Shown: positions 24,276-35,183 of the stretch, one piece after another
Numbering within the stretch: position 1 is the stretch's first letter
Layout of the letters: every line of letters begins with the position of its first letter
Notes under the pieces: model-generated
The model's input: only the letters and a program-made list of their open reading frames with translations
The model's database searches: none
Told to the model about the DNA's origin: nothing
Translations under genes and position numbers: made by a program
Assembly (NCBI RefSeq): GCF_902459465.1
Contig: NC_047071.1
Coordinates: 19,282,001-19,346,000, forward strand
From: Asterias rubens
Taxonomy: Eukaryota
Length of the DNA: 64,000 nt
Direction of reading: 5' to 3'

Positions 24276-26299
24276 AACATTGAACTGTAAGCACAGAATT
24301 CTATGGTAATCGGTGAAACTGGGTGCCAAATACACCTTTGTGGGTGGAACAAATCTTAAAAAGGAAGCTTTGTATGTAAAATGAGAGACCCTTTTATTAG
24401 TCCCCAAATTAAGCATAAAAGACAAATTGAAAGCATAGAAATAGCAATTGGGTGCAATATGTAGTTAATATTTTTGTTATTAAAAGTATTTGTACTAACT
24501 TAACTACATGTAATAATGAAATATAGGTTTGTATTGAATATCAGATTCCCCTTTTTGTTGTTGACCTTTTCGAAAACTATCGCCTTATTTTGTAAGAACC
24601 AAATGTGCCTTACACAATCCAAATTTGAGCTACATCCTGCTGACAGTTGCACCTGCACGTGTATATATTCTGTGAAAGGGCTTTTACAATAGTTGTTTTT
24701 GGTATAGCTTGTTGATCCATGTTATTTTATATAAGGTGTTCAGATCACTTAGGTTTCCTTTGTTAAAAAATTTGAAACCATTTAAACTAGAAAGCCTCAC
24801 GGAGTGACACGTTACATTGTTGCTACAATTACAAATGTACATCATACACTATAAAAGCGGTTGGTCAGTGCCTCCTTTGTGTTCATGGAAACAAACACTA
24901 ATTGAGCAGACTATTGGGTTACCATTTTGTTTACATCAGCGTATCAAGGAAGTCATTACCTGCTGACACAGTGATCCTTTATTTTGTTGTCTGGGGCCAC
25001 AGCTGCCTAGCAACAGTAGCTATGACAGCATTGATGCTTCTGGTGTACTAGATAGCTACAGTAGTCACACGCCTAATTATTCTGTTAACAGAACATGTCT
25101 TGACATTTCCTGCTAAGAACTTTACGGATGCAACGGAGGCAAGTGGGCCTCTGGGTCATAATTGCATTGGTGCCCCTTGAAATGTTACATACATACAAAG
25201 GAGAAAAGGCTGTGCCCTTGCCCTTTCAATACTGAAACATACCATCAGGAGCCGGTTTGTTTATTCCTTTATTTTTTACCACACTCCACTGTTTTTTATG
25301 GCTGACAAAAACGATGACTTTGACACTATCCAAATTCTCAATTGGAAAATTTTTGCTGCACAAAGGGATCAGTTTCAGAATCAGAAGAAAAAAACAGGTG
25401 TGCATTTATTAATTTTGGTTTTCTACCCATACACCGATGTGTGTTAGCACTGTATACTCAGTACTTTCCCGAGTCCTGTGCATTTGTTTTCCTTCTGCTA
25501 AAAAACTGAGACAAGACTTGAAGTTTTTACATGTTGGATGATCTGTCTCATACATCAGGCGCTTACACAAAATATACAGTACACCCTTGTTATAACTAGT
25601 TACCTCATTTATGGAAACATGTTACGAGAGGCAACAAAGCAAAACACAGAATAAAGAAGAAATGAGATTCAGCACTTCAGAATTATGAACCTCTTTATGA
25701 CAATGCCCTTTACTGTTGACTGTTCCCTACTTATCCATTGTCCATACATCTTAGCAGTGGGTCTTACTGTTGGATGGTGGAAACTTGCTACTACCTTATC
25801 CTTGGATTGCAAGCACTCAGTGCATCCTTTTCTAGTGTGATAAACAGAATAATTGCTTGAGAGCAAATTTCATATCAAGGTTAGACAAACAAAAATGAAA
25901 GAATGGAAGATTCGTCGTCTCACAGGGGAGATGAAAATTAACAAAAGACATATTTTGTCCTTGCAAATTAATTTAGAGGAAATATGCCCTTTCTGTATTT
26001 TCTCAATGAAATTTAAATCACGATAAAAATTAGGTTTCGGACAATGCTCATTTCAGACTATATACATGTACTCGTCTTTCAGCAAATGACCACAATGTAT
26101 TCTTCTTAAATTTGTGCTTCGTGTCTACAGAAAATCTGTCTTTGTCAGTGACTGCTTGAAATTTGCAATTGTGATGCGCACAAAGTCCCTGCCTTTAGCT
26201 TTGTGTGAAGACATGTGTATTGGACATGGCAGCATAAACACACACAAAGAATTATTGACATATTAATTACACCTGATAGCTTTGTGTGACAAATATGGG

Positions 26300-26620
26300 T
26301 GTCAATACTGCATGATCTACATGGATGTTGTATATTTGCTCCAATTTCTTTATGTAGCAAGGAGAACACCTTCCTCCTTGCCATATATGCATAGCAATGG
26401 ACCTACAGTACATTCTTAGGAAACGAGTGGCTATGTTCCGTATCGCATACTCTTCATTAAGCATTGAAGTTTATTGTTGAACATACCCATGGAATTCTTA
26501 ATGGAGATTTTGTACACGTGTACAACATGCACACATACTTTATGTACAATGTACATGGAGGAAGGATCACATTATCTGATTGAATCTAACAATAAGACTC
26601 AGTGCCACATGTCGGGAATG
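26300..26620 (+). mobile_element. Decayed LINE ORF2 C-terminus
   Basis: Broken frames read LRKRVAMFRIAYSSLSIEV and CTTCTH...EEGSHYLIES, resembling the RxxFRxxxHxLxIE...CxxC...EDExHFLxxC tail of non-LTR retrotransposons. Confidence 0.45.
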
Positions 26621-26819
26621 ACTGTGAGAGATCATCATTTAGAGTCAAAAGCAATATTAACATAACATGACATAAAATTTCATGGAGTGGATAATTTATG
26701 CACCTTTTTTTATAATGTAATGACTGACTGGGTTCTCTATTTGCGTATGCTTATCAGTACTAGCTAGCCCGGGTGGCTGGCCTTAGATCATTCAGGCTTT
26801 TTAAACATGACTGCTCATT

Positions 26820-28170
26820 CCTTTTTATAAACTCTCTATTCTACTAGGTGTATTCAATAAAACTGCAGCCAAGTAACTTTGGAAGGGTATTATGAAAAAG
26901 GTTGGATATAATTTTGATACAGGCTCGTTGTGAACAATTGTTTTAGTTATCAATACTTTCATCTTTGTAGTATTCTTTGGTAAAATATGGAAGCACACTT
27001 TGAGTACTTGCAATCTTGGGTTGTCCCAAAAAGACTCCCATTCAAAGTGCATGACATCTAAATGAGGCTGGGGAAAAAAGTTAGTTTGGTCGTTCGAGTT
27101 CAATTGTTTCAGCAATTTACAGAGGGTAAATACTAGAGAACCAACTAGAAATAGATGGCTACAAAGGTCCCTAGCAGCTGCTCATGGATACATAGCAGGA
27201 ACAATTTAAGCTGTTTATATTCTGTATATATCTAAAAAATGCAACGATTATAGATCTGTCAAATGCTCAAGATGGGGAACTGGGGCTGAAATGTGAAATG
27301 CGCACCTGATGTCATTCCAACAAGCCAGGTGCAAAATCAAATCATTGATAAATTTGCTTGCTAAAATGGCGCCCGTGTGTTTTTCAAAAAGAGATTTAGA
27401 GCTCCAGTTCCCCATCTCGTGCCTTCAGAGCTCTACAATCTTTTGTAATATATATAAATATAAAATTATAAGTTAGTAAGAAATAGCTTAAATTAACCTC
27501 TGTACAATACTTTGTAGCAAAATTTATTACAGATTGACAACAAATACATAATTATGATAAATCAATGGGCATCGAACTTGAGGTAAAAAATGGGTTCAAT
27601 AACACATGAAACAGTTGGCTCTAAAACAAATGCGTCTAATTCGGTAGCTGCAAGTGTTGCTAAGAGTGTTGCTATGGGAAGCTTCCTACCCTTAGCAGGG
27701 AATCTGTCATAATATTGGACTACATTTTCGTCTATTTGTCACCAGTTGTAAACCAAAAACTGTACACCTAAAAGAATTTCTCTAAACTGTCAATACTGAT
27801 ACATGTTAGATTTATTTTAATATTCAATCAGTATGTAAAGTATAAGGCACTTCATATCCAGACATTATCGCTGTTACCTAAAACGATCAACGGTCAAAGT
27901 TTACAGTCGTTTAGATTTTACACAAGTCTGTAGGCGGGTATTTTAACCTTTCACCATTTGAAGATAACTGCATCCCTAATTACACGGGAAACTATTGAAA
28001 CTTTTTGACAAAAAAAAGAGATGTATATCTGTTTTGGGATCATAGTTTGAAAACATGCAGAGCATGCACTTTGGCTTCCCATCCGTGCACGAACCTTGGG
28101 TGTGCTACATCAGATATCATACCTGACACCATTACAGGAATAGTGTTGCAGGTTTCTGAAAACATAATTT
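26820..28170 (-). mobile_element. Possible decayed L1/Tx1-like ORF2 fossil
   Basis: Fragments SFWDNPRLQVLKVCFHILPKN...NEP (zf-RVT-like), MSGYEV and LLGVQF in a plausible order; heavily degraded. Confidence 0.3.
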
Positions 28171-28174
28171 GAGC

Positions 28175-28359
28175 GTATTTACACAAAACACAATTAAACT
28201 CTATTAATGATTTAAAAGCTATCAGACATATGACAACATTGAACAGTTTTTGATGTTTACACTAAACATCAAAAACTGTTCAAAAACTGTTTAATGTTGT
28301 CATCTGTCTGATAGCTTTTAAATCATTAATAGAGTTTTCATTGTGTATTGTGTAAATAC
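28175..28359. repeat. Near-perfect ~185-bp palindrome with 3-nt loop
   Basis: Arms meet at gatgttta-cac-taaacatc (loop 28260-28262). Confidence 0.9.
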
Positions 28360-30288
28360 TCGAGCATCGCTGCACTCAATGATCCAATTAACATGGGATC
28401 CTTCACTAATATCATCATAAACATCTGACTTATAATTTTTCTGGTCTTTTAGATTAGATATTTATTACCATTTAGGATTTTGAAAATTAGCTGTGCATAA
28501 TTTTGAAGTGGTCTATGCATCAAGTGAATATTACCGTGTTAAAAACAATATACTTAACAATTCTGTTGTAAATTTTTAAAACCAATTCCTCTGTAAAAAA
28601 AAAAATCATCAGTTCAACAACATTGCTAAAATTGTTTTCTTTAAATATTAAAGAAACAAATATTATTGCAAGAAACAAGCTCTTGTGTCACTCCCTAAAG
28701 ATGTTTCTATTAAGATTTTTGGGAGTGACACAAGACTAACTTTCTTGACATAAGATTTGTTTCTGATTTTTAGAAGACCCTTTTCAACAGTGAATGTATT
28801 TGGGAATAGTCGTTACTTTTAAAAGATATATATATTTTCTGATAGTCTTGTATATTTTCTGATTCTTTATATATACATGTATTTGTAATTTGTAGATCAA
28901 GGTCTGAAATAAGAACATAAATAAAAATGTAGTAAGCTGACATAATCAAGGAAAAATATTGTCTTGTTTCATGGATCTTGCTGGTCTCACAGGCAACAGA
29001 ACAGAGTGGATTGATTGCCTCCACCCCCCTCCCCTGCAAAATAATCCATCAAGTTTTTGACCGTGGTACAATCCTTAAATTTCTTGAATCTTTATAAATT
29101 TTGCCCTTGCTCTACAAAATATCTTGTCTTAACAGAATAACATATTGGGAGATATGCATTTTTTTCCCGACAGCTTCATTTGATTGCTATGAATTTATTA
29201 TTCCTCGTCTCATAAAATACAGATAGAGGGTACTACTCCCTTATCAGTGGTCCACTGGCTAAATACCAGTTAACACACATGAGGAGTGGTCCCGCTGACT
29301 AGCTCCGAGTCAAAAAGCATCCCTGGTTCATATGAAGTATTGTCTAATGAAAAAGCTGGTGGAATGACAATTAAAGGGATGCTGCAGTGAATTCAAATAA
29401 AACAGTTAATTTTGCTGTCATTTATTTCTGATCTGTATTGAACATCAATAAAATGTGTTTTGTTTATTCCCGACATATCTGATGACTTGTGTAATTAGCG
29501 AATAAGTCATGCCCCCCCTTTTGTGGATTGTTACCGCCCCCCTACCATCGACGTTACGTCGGGAATTCAAACATATTGTCGGCAAAAGGAGTCTGGTCCC
29601 TAACTACACACGCCTAGGTACCAGGCCACACAGTGCACATGTCTCTATATGCACACAGCCAAGGGGCCCCGACGGCTCGGGTTACCGACATGACGTCACG
29701 TTTATGCAAATGAAGGCTCCCTTTTAGGGGCGGGGTGGGTTCCCCTAATCTCTTGAAAACCATTTTAAAAATACTTGCGCATTTAAACAAAAATATAAAA
29801 AAATATTTCAGGTTTAAAAAGTCATGTTTAATCTGTTAAACGAATAAAAAAAAAAACTGCAGCCACCCTTTAAATAAAATTCATTTCTCAGTCAAGTTCA
29901 CCTCTATTTAATAATAATAATAAATATATACAGTATACATGTAATATCAATATGCTCTACTTTGTAGACAAAAACACAGTACTAAAACTAAGTGAATCAG
30001 AGGCAGTGATTAAAAAAGATGAACTACAAATTCCATTTAGTAAGAATGGCAAAATAAACACTCAAAAAGTAAGTTGTACTGCACCAAACTAGCACCGACT
30101 ATAGTGTTTTCATATATCCGAAATCCTAAATAAATAACAGGCACTAAATTCAAACAAACAATTCAAAGCAACACAATTATTTCTCGCATCCCTTTCTATA
30201 AAGGCTTATCAATGCTGTTATCTATGTTGGAATGCTTCAAATATTTGCAGGACCACCAAACTGAAGATAGGAAGTCCTCTATATCTAC

Positions 30289-30675
30289 TTAAAGGAACAC
30301 GTTGCCTTGGATCGGTCGAGTTGGTCTTTGAAAAGCGTTTGTAACCGTTTGTTATAAAATGCATATGGTTAGAAAGATAATTTAAAAGTAGAATACAATG
30401 ATCCACACCAATGCCTCGAAATTGCGTGGTTTTCCTTTTACTTTGCAAACTAACACGGTCAACCATTTTTGGGAGTCAAAAATGTGACTCCCATAAATGG
30501 CCAACAGTGTTAGTCGACGAGGTAAAAGGAAAACCACGCAAATTCGAGTAACACTTGTGTGGATCATTATATTCTACTTTTAAAATATCTTTCTAATCAT
30601 ATGCATTTATAACAAACGGTTACAAACGCTTTTCAAAGACCAACTCGACCGATCCAAGGCAACGTGTTCCTTTAA
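30289..30675. mobile_element. Fold-back TTAA MITE (whole element is an inverted repeat)
   Basis: TTAA|AGGAACACGTTGCCTTGGATCGGTCGAGTTGG ... CCAACTCGACCGATCCAAGGCAACGTGTTCCT|TTAA; arms of about 185 bp. Confidence 0.9.
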
Positions 30676-30962
30676 GTTATTCAGACAAAAGAAATGTGTA
30701 GTAAACCAGAGGCCAGTGTTTTCAGTGTAGGGCATAAAGCTGCTTAGCAAAACTTTGCAGGGAACCAGTCACAAACAATGTACATTACATGTACTTTTGG
30801 CTGGTACCCTGTTTCTGCTCAACAAGATTTTCCTTTCTTCCAGCAGTGAAAAATTTGCTAAGCAGACAACTTGACTCTAAAGCCATTATAGTATTTCATG
30901 CTTTGTTTAAAACTCAATAAAATTCAGTCTTTGGTATACGTACAACGCCTACTCCCATCTGC

Positions 30963-33688
30963 CTATTCCCCTCGATAATGCACAATGTTTTTATCTGTTT
31001 CATGAAGTTTCACCTCGTACAGAAGTTCCGGATCAGGCAGCTGTATCTTCATCTGATCCCAGATGAAAATCGCGATGTTTTCCGATGTGCTCACAACTCC
31101 CTTGAAATATGGCACGTCCTTGTCAATGTTCTTGTGGTCTAGAGGGTCCATGATAGCTGTCTGAAAGGAAGCAATTGCATCATCATTAAAAACAATAAAA
31201 TGGGGGTAAATCCTTCAACATATTTTTAATTGGAGTGGTTTCGTCATCACTGGTTCAAACGATATTTATACCAATGTGAGAAGAAGATGGTGACAATAGG
31301 CAGGGTTGTAGCTAGACCAATTTTAGTGGTGGGTAATATGTCAAATTTTGTTGGAAGTCTACCAAGGGCAAGGGGATCAACAAAATTATTCACGTTTAAT
31401 TATGGGGCCAATATTGCTGAAGTGGGGCCATGCTCCCTAACTGTTCGTGTTATGGGGCCATGCAATAAGTTGAATAGCCTTTTGATTGTGATACTCCTCA
31501 TCATTAGCTGTGTCTCAGATCAATGCAAAGTGGACAATATTTGAAATCTGTGCTGGGCAGCATAGCATAATGTATTTTTGTCAGAGTGCTGGGCAAAAAT
31601 TGTTAGTCCTGGGCAGGCCCGCCCAGCACCGCCCACCGTGGCTACAACACCGACAATAGGGTGTACTTGGGGGGCAAAGAATCGTAAGGTAGATGTCTAG
31701 ATGAGCAATATACATACATGTATAGCAGACACTTGTGCTACAGACTGCCAAAAATTACCATACCTTCAAGGGCTAGCCTAGAAAGCATGGTACTTTGTGG
31801 GTGCTTGGATCTCTTCTGTCTGCACAGCCCACACTGGTAAATGTAAACCACTTTGGCATGAACTTCAAACAAATTAAAACAACACAACTGCTAATTAAGC
31901 AACTTCATTCTTTCATAAACAAAATATTGATCTTACTTTCATGTATTGTTTCAGATCCGTCAGATTTATGACCATGCCAGTTATGGGATCAACCTGTCAA
32001 AATAAATCATACAGAATAAGAATTAAAAGATTGCAATTCTTTTATCTAGATCCCTCAATGGAATTTTGAAATTAGAATTTAAACTTTGAGATAAATTTAC
32101 AAAAATTCAGGATTCAGCTTGGACCAGTGGTTTCTTTTAACTCTATGAGCCCTGGTTCGAAATCCAACCTCAGACCAGAGCTGATGGTCTCGTCATCTTG
32201 CGGTCCAGTGGCGTTTGTGCACGAAGCATCACTCGTGCGCCCTCTAGTTCTTACATATAACTCTATGGTCTATACCTAATTGAGTGGCTTACTTTGGGGG
32301 TTTTCCTCCCACATCTCAAACTGAACATTTCTCCTCCTTTCCTATTCATCATGTTACATGTATTGGGGCTAAAATGTGGTACATCAAACACTTAAAGTGT
32401 TTGATGTGTAATAAAACAAAACTGTCCAAACAATTCTTACCTTTCCTTTCAGAATGACTTCGGCTGCAAATGAACAAAATAAAATAAAATGGTTATTGAG
32501 GGGAAAATGTATAACTGAAAAAATGGATTTTATACTTTTTCTCACTATGAAGTTTGGCTCTTTTACTTATGGTATATAAAAATACAACTCAATCCGTGGA
32601 TGCTTTGGCATTGAGCGAGCTGGAGAGGTTTGGTCATTTGTTGGAAGTAACAAATGGGTTTTGGTTGGGTGCTTTCATGATGCCTGCCGTTTGGGTTTGT
32701 CAGTGTTTAAGTACTAAGTAGGCCAAGTTTAAGGTTAAAGAAATATACACAAACTGAAGCTACAATTAATTACTAACCTTTGTAGTTATGACCATGACCA
32801 TTGGGGTTGTTACATTTCCCAAATATGGCAAGATTTTCTTCATCACTCAGGGAAGGACTTCAAAATAAGACGGATGAAAACAATTCAGAAAATTAGCTTT
32901 TAAATTAACAGATTTTACCGGCCTGGAATCTCATCTTTGAGGGGTAATGCCACTTTCATTTTTCAAAGGAAGGTTTGCATTGTGTTGTAAAGTCTTTAAG
33001 TCAGGCTACAGGAAACTTTTAAAAGGGCACCAAGGCCACCAAGTTCAAGCAACAGAGACCATGGAATGTGTGGCCTCTGTATACATACAAGGGAACTACG
33101 AATCAGTCTTAACTGCTACAGCATTGCCAAGCTAAGTGCTGGTATATGTCACAGTTGGGGAAAAAGTGACCGCTCGCGCAAATCAAAATGTGACTCTTAA
33201 TCAACAATACTAATTACCGGTACTGAGTGGCAATTTTCTTTGTGAAATCAATTGTTTTTTTTTAGTCAAATAAATGATTGAAACCGACAATGTAAGTAAA
33301 ATTCATGCAAGTTGCGATAACGTAACCCTTGTCCCGACGGGAGGAGTGTTACATCATTGCAACTAAATTAAATTAACAATTCAAAACAAAAAGGCAATCT
33401 AGACACCCAGACGTAACTGGGACTAATTTTGAACAATTCTGACTTTGCATCTTTGTACTACTAATGCAAATGTCAGAATTGTTAGGGATAATTTTCCGCA
33501 TGTCGCCACCAATTTATACGCTTAATTAACTATCCAATACCATTGCCAGCAGAGTGACTGACAGTGGGCAGTGGGTCTAATTCTAAACTCTAACTTTGGC
33601 AATGAATGAATACTCACCAGTGCAACCGATGACAGGCGCTGAACGATTCCGTTTTACTCACATAAACTACTCTTCCTTTTGACTGCAT
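30963..33688 (-). CDS. PTS: 6-pyruvoyl tetrahydrobiopterin synthase (142 aa)
   Basis: Exons 33688-33618, 32857-32778 (80 nt), 32463-32441 (23 nt), 31993-31937 (57 nt), 31160-30963. [21 protein letters not shown] (catalytic Cys, Zn-binding His), DHKNID, STSENIA, ETDKN. Confidence 0.96.
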
Positions 33689-34330
33689 CTCAACGTTATT
33701 CATGGTTTGTAAATGAACCGTTAATGTTGGCTAATTTCAAATCATACCTTTATGCACGAGGTGCACTTCTAGCAGATTGTGCCGGTGAGCTGTGAACTAG
33801 GGAATTACTAAGTTTGTTTTGTTGCAATTTAGTCCCTCCTTGTTTGCCTGTGAACAGCAGAGACTTTAAACGAGCCCTGTGCAGTTTACCAAACCAATTT
33901 TCGATATTCAAAATTAAACAAATATTAATTATAAGCTTTTTTACCGCTTGCAATTTGACGCCAACTACACAAATTTTCGTGGAAAGCTTTATGTTGTGAT
34001 GATGTAACGATCCGAAGTAACGTGTACTTGAAGTTGATGATGCGTACGTCCGCACTAAATCTGGGCCCAACACTTTTACTTTTGCACCAGCAAGAAATCT
34101 CTCTTACTTGTCAGCGAAAGCAACCGTCATTTTGTGAACGTCATACGTGGTCAGACGATACTTCACACCAGCACTCCTGACGAAAAAAAGGAGGTCACCA
34201 AATTTATTACTCGGCTTTTTGTGCAAACACCCTAGCGTTCTGGATGACTCTTTCTGACGGTCGTTGACGACTAACTACTTTTCATGCTCATACAGCGCCA
34301 TTGGCCTGGCAGCTTGACTTCTCGATGGTA
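33689..34330. promoter_or_regulatory. Putative bidirectional promoter, PTS / EDC3
   Basis: Divergent ATGs 1.5 kb apart; CpG-retaining segment adjacent to PTS exon 1. Confidence 0.45.
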
Positions 34331-34540
34331 GTTTTAGCAAGTTTTACAAAGCGTGTGGTGGGTACCAAATTGTTTTTCTACATCACACGCAATTTTCCAT
34401 ACAAAAACACAAGCAACAATCATTTCTGAGCTTGGTGGTTGTCGTCAGTGCAAATATTTATGTGAAATACTTTATATTTGTAAATCAACTGAGTGTATTA
34501 AAGGTAATGGACACTTCTTTGTGTTTGGGAATTAAGAATG

Positions 34541-34677
34541 ATGGAAAAGTTTCCGTATGGCGCCACCACTTTTTCATTCGAAATAAAATAATATAGTATC
34601 TAATTTACCTGATTGATATATCCCTTTTTGTAAAAATTTAGTAAAAAAGTGGTGGCGCCATACGGAAAGTTATCCGG
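34541..34677. mobile_element. MITE with ~30-bp TIRs
   Basis: tttccgtatggcgccaccacttttt ... aaaaagtggtggcgccatacggaaa. Confidence 0.8.
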
Positions 34678-35183
34678 ACTTTAGTTTATTAGTGGCAAAT
34701 TGGAAAGTTTATTATTGTTTTTGTCAAATTTTGTTTTTATTAAGATATACAGTAGTCAGTACTGATGTGATGACTGAAACTTGAAAGAGTATGCTCATTA
34801 TCAAATGGGATGGGGGTGGGGGACTATGTACATGATGTAGTAGTTAGGTAGGAGCTTGGACCTTATTGTAAAAGAAAAGGCAATACAAAATAAAATTAAA
34901 TGTACATTACACAGGGAGTACAGTATCTTGTGAGTGAACTTTAAAAATAATTAGGCCCTATAATTTTAACAAAATATTATTCAAGATTTAAAAAAGTTTT
35001 ATTTAGCCAAGCACTCCACCAGCTTAACGTCCTCATTTTAGGATGCTGCCGAGTTACAAATGTAAACATAGATGTAAACATGTCACAAGAATATTGTTAA
35101 GTTTAAAATCCTAACTAATCTGTTTGTTTTCTTCAACAAACCAAAACTCAAGAGCATCAAAGGAGAAGGACATTCATTTAAAG

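Noticed and set aside
29329-29382. SECIS element (ATGA...AA...GA)
   Set aside because: Spacing and helix 2 do not fit, and there is no TGA-recoded gene upstream.
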